In this document: in pieces, positions 38,331 to 50,172 of the stretch | Layout: each line of letters starts with the position of its first letter | How positions within the stretch are numbered: position 1 is the first letter of the stretch | Assembly (NCBI RefSeq): GCF_009834535.1 | Contig: NC_045696.1 | Coordinates: forward strand, 84,384,001-84,448,000 | Length of the DNA: 64,000 bases | Direction of reading: 5' to 3' | Origin: Camelus ferus | Lineage: Eukaryota | Notes under the pieces: model-generated | Told to the model about the DNA's origin: nothing | The model's database searches: none | What the model saw: only the letters and a program-made list of their open reading frames with translations | Made by a program: the position numbers and the translations under genes

Positions 38331-41300
38331 GATAGTGGTTAAATGTTAAATTTAATAATCTTAATTCTTAGTTATAGATTCTACTGCTTTTGAGAAAACT
38401 ATTTTGCTAATAATCAGTAACGATTATCCCGATGCAGTTCAATTACCTGCACTCCATTCCATAGCTACGTCTTAGGTGAAGATGGCCCGTCGTACACCCT
38501 CAACTGATGACACAGGTCCACTGGGACGATGTGAGAAAGCACTTATTCCAAGGGAAGAAGGAATAAGTCTACACATTCGGCCAAATAAAGAAATCTGTGA
38601 TCCCATAGGAGGGGTCTTTAGAGGAAAACAGGGGGTGTGTTCCTTAGATGTGACTGTCATCTCAGGCTTACCTGCACTCATATTTATGATCTGCAGAAAG
38701 GAGAGGGAAGAATAAATAAAAACTAATAAAAGACGCTTGAATCCACACCATGTAAGCTATTGAGGCACAGGCTGTGATGCTTTGGATTCCTGCTAAGGGA
38801 GTAAAAGGCAGAATAGGAGAGAAGACTTTTATCCGCTTTGCCATATACCTCCGCAGTAATGCTTAACCTTTGGTGAGAGTAATAACCCCAGGATCCAGAA
38901 TGATATACATGCAGATGTATTTAGACATGCATTCAACATATGAATTCCGGCAGTTTCACATTGTCCTGTGTGCTATGCCCCTGCTAGTGTTCTCATGGAG
39001 CCAGTCATGCTAACACAGTGGCACTGGTGCCTGGCAGAGGTGACAGTCTACGTGGAAGTAACTGTAAGTAGGACAAGTAGAACTTGCCTGAAGAGAGACG
39101 TGTGGGGGTGAGAACAGTACCCAGTGGAATTAGCCATTAGCTGACAGGAAATAGCATTCCTGTGGCCCAAGACAGAGTGGCACCTTCTTAGAACTGCAGA
39201 GACATGTGAAGTCTCTACTGGAGGCAGAGCTTTCAGTAGTGAGATCATGGAAGAAATAGTAGACCCTACTGTTGTTGTGAACTCGCAACTGTTTCACGAA
39301 GAATGAAATTTGAATAGGAAACTCTAAAAAGATCTGCTGTACCAACCTTATAGAAGTAAATAAATTCATACATGTAAAAAGCTTATATAAATACCTGATA
39401 CATAGTAAATACTACATACATGTTAGATTCTGTATTATTATTATTATTATTGTCATTGTTATATTTCCAGTACCATAATTATCTAATTTTTATGTTCTTT
39501 AAAATTAAGTTTAGCGTTCTGTTTCTAAGTAAAATAAAGGCAAAATGAATAGGCTTTGGGGTTTAGGGCACTGTGGATGGGCATGAATGACCACTAGTAG
39601 TTAGTAGAGAGAAATTACTAGGAAATTAGTAGAGAGACATGATACTGAAGTTATTTCCCTTCATGGAGGTGTAAAGTAGAAATTAGAGTATAAATTTTAC
39701 ATCTGTTCTTTAAACCTAACTTTACACAGCATTTATATGAGAATTAGCTTTCTATAAAAATTTAAGCTATAATTAAGTTATTCATTTGAGGAGAATTTAG
39801 AAAATACAGACCTTATGCTTCCCTGCAATGACAAGGTGAGAGATAGTACAGGGTATGCTCACTATTAGGCTCTGAGCATGGAAGGACACAGGGGAGCTTG
39901 TTTCAATCATCCTGAATACGTAATGCTATTAAATACAGTGCACACTTTCTCCACAGATGTTACAAGTACAAGAGAATTTCAAAAGCAGTTGCACTTCAGA
40001 AAGGCATTCCTGCTTCCTTGGAATATATTTCTAATACTGAGTCAGTAATGGTGTAGCATAATGCAATTGCCTTTTAATGCACTTTGCGTTGTCAAAGGTG
40101 ATGTGACCATAAAAACAAAAGGAAATATGATCAAGGTCTTTTTTTGTGTGTGGTACTAAGCATGTTACTTCCTGTTTGAAAGACAAAACTGGCCTGACTA
40201 GGCATTCTTATCCATTACAGAGTGCCATGGTTTTTAAACTTAAAAAAAAAAAAAAATCTTTCCAAGAGAACAAATTGAAAACAGGAAATTAGATCAGAAA
40301 TGTAAACTCAAGGAAATTGAAAAATCAGGAAAAACTTGAAAATGTAATAAAAATTAAAAGTTAGACAGCGAAAGAACAGAAATCTGGTAACATTATCCTG
40401 ACATCTTATGTTAATTTGCCAGATTTATTCACATTATACATTTATAAATGCAGAGTAAAGATGAAATGGGTAAGGAAGAGGGGTAATTCTCTTGTATTTT
40501 CTTCCCCCTCTTGTCCCTAGGGATAATGTGAACTTTGTCATATACTATATTAAACTAGGAACTAAAGTGCAAGAATAATGCAAAATAATTGTTCATTCAT
40601 ATTTCAATTTGATATTAAATAAAATCACTAATGCCTTGACTTTTATTGAGTATTTTTATACCATTTTATTTTAAGGTGTTATTTAATTGCACATCCAAAC
40701 GCCTAATCCTGGAACAGCTTATCTATCGGAATTGTTTTACTTGAAGAGGAGGAGGGAGGGGCGAGATCTTCCATGTGTGATCCAAGATTTTTTGCTTGTT
40801 GTTGTTGTTTTTTTTTTTTTGAAAATGACTTAGTCCTTTATTTTAATCTTCTGTACACACATAGATGACTAGATTATAGCCGGCTGCTAGTAAAAGAGTC
40901 TGTGGAGGGAGTCTTCCACCGTCTGCTGAGTGCGGCCGCTCCGAGTAATTGAAGGGAGTTGTGACGCTCTCATCCTGACCCTTTAGAATCAGTGAACCAA
41001 CATAAATGCCAATGTGTTACTTCCAGTGGGAAAGGGAGGGATAACTGTGAGATCTGCCGTTACACATGTAGGGAGCAGACAGGCACACAGGAGGCTGGGG
41101 TGGCTGATCTCGCCGGCTTCTGGTTAATCTTCTCTCATAGGGCTGGGAGGGCAACACTCAGGCTTTTCTCCTGAGAAATGCTGGCCCAATTCAGACTGGC
41201 ATCAACCATTTTCTGGAAGCCCTGATGATTTCCCCGGGGAGGAGATGTAGAGGAAATTGAGAAGGAGGTGAGTTGTCTTTGGTGGCCACAGCCTTTCTAT

Positions 41301-41419
41301 TTCATATGCCTTCACCTGCTAATTTGCAGACCCCCTCTTTAGGAGTTCAGAACCCTTGTTTCCTCCTTCTTTCTCTTCCCTTCTTCCTCTAACCATCCAG
41401 AAAATGTGGCTGGTTTTAC

Positions 41420-42570
41420 AGGAGCAATGTGCAAAGGAGGAGGAAGAGCGTGACTGGAAGTTCAGTCTTTCCAAGAAGATAGTGGTTAGCTGGAAATTTG
41501 CTGGTTAAACTCCTGGGGGGAGTGGTGTAGGTAGAAAATGACAGGTCAAGAAAGCAGCCTGTGCAAAGGCACAAAGACACACAGTTTGCTGTGGTTGGAT
41601 CACAAGTGAGGCGCATAGAAATGCTAAAAGATGAGGCTCCGTCTGACCTCGTCCCCCTGCTGCAGCAGGCAGAATAGGCCTATCAGTGCAGCCTGTGAGG
41701 TACAGACATTCCAAAGGGTAAGTTCTAATTTCTTTTTAAAGATAGCGCCGCAGATTAAAAACAACAATAATAAAAATCTCATGTTAGATCTAGATGTACA
41801 TGGGGCCAGGCGTGGGGAATTCTAACCAGAATCCTAGAGCCGGGTAACACTCAGGGGGCGACTGGTGGAAGAGGAGAAGACAGAAGCGGAGAACATCCCG
41901 GATTTGAGCCTCTCTCCACCCGGCTGCCATCCTTTCTCCTTCTTCAGAACCGTCCAGTGCTGCCGTGTCTACCACCTGGAATGGTCTTTCCCTGATTCTT
42001 CTCTGCTCTTACTCACAACTCTGTTCACTTCTAAGGAGACACTTACCCTAAAATCTTGGTCAGAGTTAGGATCCCGTGTTAGGATGCTGAAGGCCTGAAC
42101 CGTGCAAGTGGGATAAAGAGCTGATAGGTTTTAAGTTCATTTAGGCGGTAGAGTGGACAGGATGGTGGCTAATTTCACATAAGAAATCAAAGGCAAAGGC
42201 TGACTAAATAATTTGTGGGGCCCAGTGCGAATGAAAACACAGGGCTTGTTGCTTACAAATTATGAAGAAATTCAGCTGTGACATCGGAGCACTTGACCAA
42301 CTAAATGCAAGGCCCTTTCATGCACGGGGCCTGGTGCGCCTGCCCAGACCGCGTGTGCCGGCGGTTAGTTAGCCCTGATGAAGGGGTGGGGAGGAGACGA
42401 GGATTATTCTCAGCATGAGTGGTAAGATGGTGGCAGGCACCTCTGGTGGGGAAAACTGATCGAAAGAGAGGAGCAGAGTTAGGTAAATGTTAGAACTGTT
42501 AAAATTCAATTATTTGTAACACTTTGATCAGGTAGTGTCCAGTGAGCAACTGAATATCTGCCTGTGAAAA
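41420..42570 (-). mobile_element. Degenerate L2, interrupted by a complex insertion (~41639-42080) and by MER45A
   Basis: cagcctgtgcaaaggcacaaag...agatgaggct on the left; gatgctgaaggcctgaac...taggcggtagagtggacagga...tgtccagtgagcaactgaatat on the right. Confidence 0.6.
42194..42377 (-). mobile_element. MER45A-like hAT-Tip100 element
   Basis: Terminal inverted repeats caaaggctgacta / tagttagccctg; 8-bp TSD atcaaagg/atgaaggg; ataatttgtggggcccagtgc core. Confidence 0.8.
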
Positions 42571-43132
42571 ACCTTGTTATTTTCATCACTACCTACCTGT
42601 TCCTTCTAAGGTCCCACATCCATAATCCTAGTAACTTTTATATTTTAGGATGGAACAAAATTTAAAACCAAAAGAATAACTGAATCTGCTTAAAACTAAC
42701 AAAGAGGAGGCTTTTGTCTCCACCCAGATCACAGGACGTATTGTGCTAAACACCAGGAAAGCACGGATCCAGTTGACTATTTTAGTGCACTGAAGACAGT
42801 GACTGATTTCCCAAGCTGAATCCTGGAGACTTGAAAGCGATTAGAATCTTCCAAAGGTATCTTATTTATTGACCTTCCCACCTCAGGGATTTCTGTTTAT
42901 TTTTACTTTAAACTGCTTTTGCAAGCCATTTATTTCCATAACAGTTAATGATGTTTATTTCTGAAATTACATGAAAGCCAATTATGAGTGCTACAATATA
43001 AAACTCTCCTATGCAGCCCAGCTCCCTGATTTCTGACATGGGTCTTTGTGGGAAAAAAGTGACTGGTGTTGAGCTATTGTGTTAGGTCTATTGAAAGATG
43101 ACACGGCTGATGGTGCTGCTGGGCGCTCTCCC

Positions 43133-43168
43133 ATGACTCATAGACAGAGTTGCTTAGTAACTGACTCA
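43133..43168. promoter_or_regulatory. Candidate enhancer core: AP-1, RFX X-box, AP-1
   Basis: ATGACTCAT at 43133-43141, GTTGCTTAGTAAC at 43149-43161, TGACTCA at 43162-43168, in unique sequence. Confidence 0.45.
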
Positions 43169-44914
43169 AAATAACATCGCTGAGGCACATCAAACCGGAG
43201 AGGCATGGGCTGCTGTGAATCAGGACAAAGGTGCCCCAGTCAGCAGCTAACTTTTCTTCCCATTCACGATTTTAATTTGGAAATTTTGTGGCCTTTGGTC
43301 AGTGATCCATAGAGTGAATAAGAACTTCTGGGTCTATAACATCAAATCTAGTGGCTTCCTCTTTTTTCGTTACTGACTGTGGTGTAGGCTTCTTTGAAAG
43401 TTTGATCCAATCGTGAAAGATGTTGGGGGGTCAGCTCAAACTACATAGAGTAATAAACCGGCTCAGCCCTCAGAGGAGAACGTGAGTTTATTACATTTTT
43501 CCAGAGTTCGTAATCCATTTGGGTTGCTTGTTATTTAATTTTTTTAAATTGCAGAAATTAAAACATACTCATGCTTCACAATTAAATTAAATTTAGTTAA
43601 AAAGTCCTTTTGTTATATGCTCTTCCAAAGAGTACATATGTATGTTTTAATGCAATTGATTTTAATTATGATATGTTCAGTCATTTTTACCATGTATAAT
43701 TAAATAAAGGCTCCAATGTCAACTAAGAAAACAAACATGCAAACAAACAAAAAATCCAAAGTGCTTCTATGTATGGATGGATGTATGCAAGAAAGTGTGT
43801 GTATGTATGTTTACATACACATCTGCATTGTTGAACTCAGTAGAGACATAAAATAAGATGAAGATGGAGAGAAGTCCATTGGATTTGCGAGTTAGGTCAG
43901 CACTGGTGATCTTTGTCTGAACAGGCTTTGAGAAGGACTAAGAGATAGAAGCTATGTACTGCTAAAAAAAAATAGGTTTTTATTGTGAGTGTTATTCGTA
44001 GAAGAGGCTGAAAAAGGAAAGAAGTAACTCATCCTTATTTTAAAATTTGAGCATATCGTGTCAACTCTGATCGCAGTGTTTTAAAATTCTGCACACTCAT
44101 TCTGCCTCCCCGAGCTCCCTTGCTGCAGTTTACTGCACTCCTTTGCATTAGTAGCTGCCTTTACATTTAGACTCCAAGGAGTGTCCCTTTCTGCTGCAGC
44201 GCGTACAGTACAGGGCAACTGACTATTCATTTCCCCTTCACGGAGAAATGTGCGTGTGTGTTGGGGAGACTTCCTTCATCCATGCTGTCTTTCACACAGT
44301 CATTTAGAGACGATTCTCTGCATTTTTGTTTGTAGGTATGCTTGGCCTAAGGTATGTGAGTGGTGGTAATTCTTCCTAAATCCTAATAGCATTTTGTTCA
44401 ATGGAGAATAAAAATAAAAATTAAAAATAATAATAAATACCAATATATCATATTTGTTTATACATTTTCAGACAACATTTCAGCACAGAAGTTAAATTAA
44501 AAATAAACTTAAGCTTTAATCCATTTCTGTAATTTAAGTGTAACATCAGCTACTGAAGAAAATCTTTTGTAGAGAGCAAGAGTGGGATACGTGATATTAA
44601 TGGGACTGACCAAAGGACAAGGATATTTGACTTTCTCAAGGGGTCTCTGAAAGTTCAAGTTCTCATTCTACATTCATAGAAATCCTGAGAAAAGAAGAAA
44701 TCTGGAAATCCATGTTGTTATCAGTCTACTTCCTGAAGTCAGCACAACTGGACGTGAACAAGTGATTTCTCCAGTTTTCACTTTTATTTCCTTAACGTCT
44801 GTGTTGGGAGTCACGATCAAGCTGTGGAGGCCTTCAGGAGGATCTTCTTTAGCTTTGTCCCCATTTCATGTTTAGAATTTGGCTCTCAGTGTCAAGCTAG
44901 AAACAATTTCAAAT

Positions 44915-45025
44915 CACAATAAATAAAATTAAAAAAATTACTAAATATAAATAAAATATTTATATTTTATTTTAATAAATATATATTTATTATTTTAATA
45001 ATAATATATACTAAAATAAAAAAGT
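44915..45025. repeat. AT-rich low-complexity tract
   Basis: Almost pure A/T. Confidence 0.85.
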
Positions 45026-45027
45026 TC

Positions 45028-45400
45028 TGTAAGAGGTAGTGGCCACTGGGATGCGCTACCCAGAAGCCCCTTTGGCACCTAGATACTCATTCTTCCAGCT
45101 GCTGTTAGTATTGACAGCTGATGACTCAAAGCTAAATCCTTTACCAGGAATTACCTCACTGGAAGGAAGCTGCTTCACCCACGTCATGTTTCTCCCCAGG
45201 GGCAGCCAGTAGTCAATGACTTGCCCATGTGGGGACACAAAAACTTAGCCCTCACCTTCATTATGGAAAACTCTGAAGGCAATAATTCCAGCTGCAAAAC
45301 TGACTGTAGGACTGGCCAAAACTCTAAAGCAACAGTTTCACAGTGACCTCTCCCTCCCTCTGCCTAATTCATCCTTCACAGGAATGTTTCCCCATCCTTG
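45028..45400 (+). mobile_element. Old ERVL LTR (LTR16-like)
   Basis: cccagaagccccttt...cttccagctgctg...gacagctga...aactctgaaggc...ctctgcctaattc. Confidence 0.6.
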
Positions 45401-45639
45401 GTAGATCCTGCACAAAAGTCTTAGAGTCACAAAGGATGTTTCATATGACCTATATTAGAGGGATAATATTCACATTTATTGAGTCAACTTTTTTTTTTTT
45501 TTTACAATATTCATTTGCTGGAAGGATAAGCCAATCAAGAGTGACATTTCCTGCAAGCAGTGGGCCCTGTGGGCATGGGCAGAGCCCAGAAGATAATGTG
45601 CAACGTATAAGACACCTGTACTTTAGACAGAGTGCCCAA

Positions 45640-46050
45640 TACTTGTAAATAATTTTAAAGAGAAAGTAGGATAATATGATTTTAGAAAAATTATACTGGG
45701 CATTAGAGGAAGAAGAAATTAGGGACATACAGAGGTCCCAACCAGTTCAGAGGCTGCTTTGGCCCAGGTGAGAAATGATGGGGGTTGAAGACAGGTGATA
45801 CAGTGGTGGCTGAGCCATGCACCAGAGCCCTACAAGAGAGAGAACCACTGGACTTACTTGTGCCTGGATGTTACTGGTGAAAGAGAGAGAGGAACCAGAG
45901 AGAAAGTGGAGATTTCCAAATCTCTTGGCTGTCTGAGTGAGTGATTATGTTCTTTACCCAACTGGGATGACTAGAGGGGAAAGAGGAAAGGTATCTTTCC
46001 CTACAGAGGAAAGATAAATCAGTTTTAAATCAGCTGAATTTCAACAAAAG
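45640..46050 (-). mobile_element. L2 fragment
   Basis: ccagttcagaggctgctttggcccaggtgagaaatgatggg...ctgaatttcaa. Confidence 0.65.
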
Positions 46051-46547
46051 GTATTTAGACTGGAGGGATGTTGGAAGAGAGAGGAGAGACTACTTTGACT
46101 AATATGTCAGAAGTATCAAGGTTTTTGCTTGCTTTCTTTTGATAAAACATAAGTAGTGTTACTCAAACTTGATATAATAAGATGTGTTTTCTCTTTCTTT
46201 GTCCCATTCTCTGTGGTTTCCAAACTTGCTCAAACCAGACAACTTAGATGGGAACTTCATTTGAGCACATGTGTCAATTTTCTACAGTGCAAAGAGTCTG
46301 GCCTAAGACGGGTCCACAGAAAAGCATTGGGAAACCTGATTATCTGGTTGCTGATAGTCACATTCAATAGCATAGTTAATTTCAGTTCCGAATGGAAACT
46401 GAAGCAGCAAGAAAGTCAGGCAAGAAGAGAAAAGGCATTTGGGGATATTGACTGCATTGCCTCAAAGAAAACATCATTCAAGCATGGTTTATATTCTCTT
46501 TAGTTTACCAAGGGAAGCACTGAACAAGATTCTCTTTCTCTCTTTGT

Positions 46548-46549
<2 letters not shown>

Positions 46550-46585
<36 letters not shown>

Positions 46586-46592
46586 TACATAC
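46550..46592. repeat. (CA)n microsatellite
   Basis: Directly visible. Confidence 0.95.
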
Positions 46593-48269
46593 TGCTTTAT
46601 ATATTATAATATGTATTGTATTACATAGTATATACAATAAATGTATTTTTATGCATTTCCTGACCTCACATCTATCTAATTGACAAATATGGGCAAGGTA
46701 TCATTCCTCCTTTACTTTATAACTTGGCATATGAACACAGAATGAATTACAGGGAGAACATTTTTGGGCACATACCACACTTTAATGGTTTATACAAGGG
46801 AGAAGGCTACGGAAGATGGATGACTACAAGCAGAGACGTGTGCATCTTTCCTAATAGTGCTCTTCTCAACTTCTGAACCTCAGAGGGACTTTCTTCCTCA
46901 AGTCATAAAAGCAAGCCCTGCATACCATGATAATGAATTGAGTCAATTACTTTGGTATTTCTAAAAGAAAGTTGTCAGCATGTGAATGCATCGCTTCATT
47001 GAGGTAGAAGGTTGTGGAACCAGGAACATCTTCTCTTAACCACTTTTCATGCTAGAAAACATAGCAATAATCGAATCAGCTTGTTTTGGATGAGATAACT
47101 AGCAGATCAATATTAATTTATGCAAAAGCAATAGCTGCAGCCAAAAGAATCAATTTTGCCATATTAGAAACATTTCTGCAAAAGGGCCTAGACCAGATCA
47201 TCCAGAAGGTATATATTTTGATCACCTCTGCTTTAGATTTTCTGACATCTGTGGTATGTTGACTGTGCAGTTTTTCTTTTCTTTCTTTTTCTTTTTTTAA
47301 TACAAACAGACTCTGCAAATGCTGGAAAAATGGTAAAAAAGCATGGAGCAACAAGAAAATTATCATTTTTTTCCTATAAGTTATATATTTTGAGTGTAAT
47401 TATAAAAATATGACCTGAATGACCTTGCCTATGGACCAGTGCCATCTGCTTACCTGTGGACTTCAGTTTGTGGCTTAATGTCCACCTGCTGCTGCGTGCT
47501 GGAGTTCTGTAACATGGCATACTGCTACCTGCGCCTACTCCCCCACTGCCCTTCTGTTCCCAGAAATATTGATTTATTCAGAATTAGAAGTAACTGGGAA
47601 TGACATCAAAAGAAAAAAAAACCCTCTGTTACTTGTAATTATTCATCATCTAAGCCTCTCTAGAATTCATTTTTCTGCAGAAGCATTATAAATCCCCCTG
47701 GATCGTATGTCAAAAAAGAAGAAAAATTTCTACCTACAGAGCACCGAAGTATCACTTTATTTTCAGGTGAAGAAACATGAAGTAATTTCATTCAAACTCT
47801 TCCAAAAGTTTCATAGATAACTTCTTTCAATTCTGCCCTACTACCCAGGGCAAAACCCATATCCATTTCATTAAAAGTCAGAAGGTTTCTTTCTTTCTTT
47901 ATTTGTTTTTTTTTTTTTTTTTTTGGTGTAAAGTAAAATAAATGTCAAAGTGTAATTAAACATGACTTTTTCGAGAGTGAGTGCTGAGTGCCATCAAAGG
48001 AACTTTTTAAAAATTAGATGGAGAATCGTTTCATCTTCCTGAGTCCTGGACCCTCCTGCTAGACATCTAAGCAAAGGCAATGAAGTCAGCTGTTGGACAT
48101 ATGAAGCTTATGACGGGTAAATACAGGGTTGCAAAACCTGGAAAGTACTGTTTTTTTAAAAAATACATTTGGGATTTCACATCAGGTTCTAAAATAGACA
48201 ACTGGTTCTTAAATTCAATCCACGAAAAGGGTAATCAGAGACTTAACTTCCTCCTAGGAGGCAGCAATA

Positions 48270-48470
48270 GAAGAGAGTTCTAGATAGGAACACTAGATTC
48301 CTGACTTTATAGCTGAGTAAGACTGCACGTTGAAAAAAATTATTTATGTCATTCATTTTATATGAAGATGGAAATGATTCTGCCTACCTCGCATGGTAGG
48401 CTGTACAGGGGAGTAACATAGGGAAAGTTCCTGGCCTATGATAAATTCTGCATAAATATTCGTTCCTCCT
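48270..48470 (+). mobile_element. MIR fragment
   Basis: attttatatgaagatggaaatgattctgcctacctcgcatggt...aaagttcctggccta. Confidence 0.55.
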
Positions 48471-49939
48471 TGCATTTTAAAATCACATCTGTTATTTGGA
48501 GAAATCTATTGCTAAGTATGCATTTTTGTTTGTTAGTTCTTTTAACCCTCTTTTTGAGCTAACACAGAGGATTGTATTTTTGAATCTGATTCACATGAAC
48601 CAAAATGACTGCCTGTTATTAATCTTAAAGGCAATTGGGAGGCTCAGATAAAGTAGGGAGAAGTCTGTGACACGGAGGGCAGCTTCCTAGGTCCTTTTTT
48701 TCCTGCATCAGACATGTGTTCTCTGGCCAGAGTAGACATGGCCTCCAAGTGAGAGATTAACAGGAGAATTTTGATGTTCTCTATTAGATCCCATGGCTTA
48801 TGTGATACACAGAGTCAAGCTTCATAAATCTGTAGATTCTGTGTTTATTAACTATGAGCAATCCTAAACCATGGGGCACCTTATAAAGAATATCCCATGG
48901 ATGAAGATCCTCCTTTTGCCAAATATTATTATTCTGTTTACCTAGAAAGTCCAGAAAATTATTGGCAAGGACAGAGTAGATGTCTTGCCTTTATTTATTC
49001 CCACATGAGTATGCCACTGGCGATGGGAGTGAATAGATTATAGCTGCTTTAAGTCCTTTTCCCCCTAGATCTCCTCCCTGTTTAACAAAAGGTTAACAGA
49101 ACAACTGGCACATGGACATGTCAGTTTCCTCCTCTTCTCTCTGCACCCACATGTAAACTTCTGATAAGCTGATCCTTGTGAAATAATGGAAAAAGTATTG
49201 GATAAGCATTCAGGACCAGGAATCCATGTGCTTGTTCTGACCTTGTGCATCTTACTAAAAAGCTTTGAAGTTTTTTAAGGATTACATGAAAAAGATAGTG
49301 TAATCTAAGTATTTCTGAGTCATTTCTTTATCTGTTACATTGGGGTTATGCTTGTTCTGGGTATTCAAAAGGTTCTGAGCAGTTATATAGAGAAATATGA
49401 AAAATAATAGAAGATGTAGGAGAACTATATATTGTGCACGTACTAGCTTACTGTTCAACATTCAGAGAGATGTATACTAATTAAAGTTTACTTTTTCCAC
49501 AATGAAAAACGCATTGCGTTTTTTGGTGTATGAACCATGCTTGATGTATTTAAACAGCTAGAAGAACATATACATACACCACCTCTCACTCTTTCTCTGT
49601 ATAATTCTCTATATGTATATAAATATGAGTATACTGTCATTGCAAATTTGCAACTTGCTTTTTCCTCCAATATTTCACCAGTGTGTCAATATAAATTCAT
49701 CTACATCATACTTGTAAATTCTCAGGTAGTTCAAATTTATATTCATATCTAAACTTAAGTATGAACAAAATGTCTATACTAAATCTTTGGAGTTTTTAGT
49801 CCTACTAATTGTACACATCATGATAATTTGTAGTACAAACTGCATTTTTACTACAGCAGTGGTAGGATTCCTTATCTATCATAACATCAATAGCAAAATT
49901 ATTGTAATGCTATATCCATGATACATTTTTATATATGAC

Positions 49940-50172
49940 AATAATAGCTAGTAATGACTGAGAATAGACTATATTGTATGCCAGACAACATGCTAAGAGC
50001 TTTATACACATTGTCAAGTTTAACCTTCATAATAATCCTGTAAAATAGGTACTATTAATGTCTTCCGTTTACAATGAGGAAGAATGAGACTCAGAAGGGT
50101 TTAATATTTTACTCAAGGTCAAACAGCTGGTAAAAGACTTGACTGATTCCAAAGCCCAAGCTTAAATACTAT
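49940..50172 (-). mobile_element. MIR SINE
   Basis: ataatagctagtaatgactgag...tgccagacaacatgctaagagcttta...ctcaaggtcaaacagctggtaa. Confidence 0.8.

Noticed and set aside
41149..41855. 13/14 match gggcaacactcagg / gggtaacactcagg
   Set aside because: Too short to separate from chance; no extension.
41865..42098. 77-aa ORF EEEKTEAENIPDLSLSPPGCH...
   Set aside because: GTG start; spans the junctions of the patchwork insertion into inverted L2; not credible as a gene.
47270..47340. 23-nt + strand microexon after a long pyrimidine tract
   Set aside because: Donor gtaaaa is weak and the tract is separated from the AG by an A-rich stretch.
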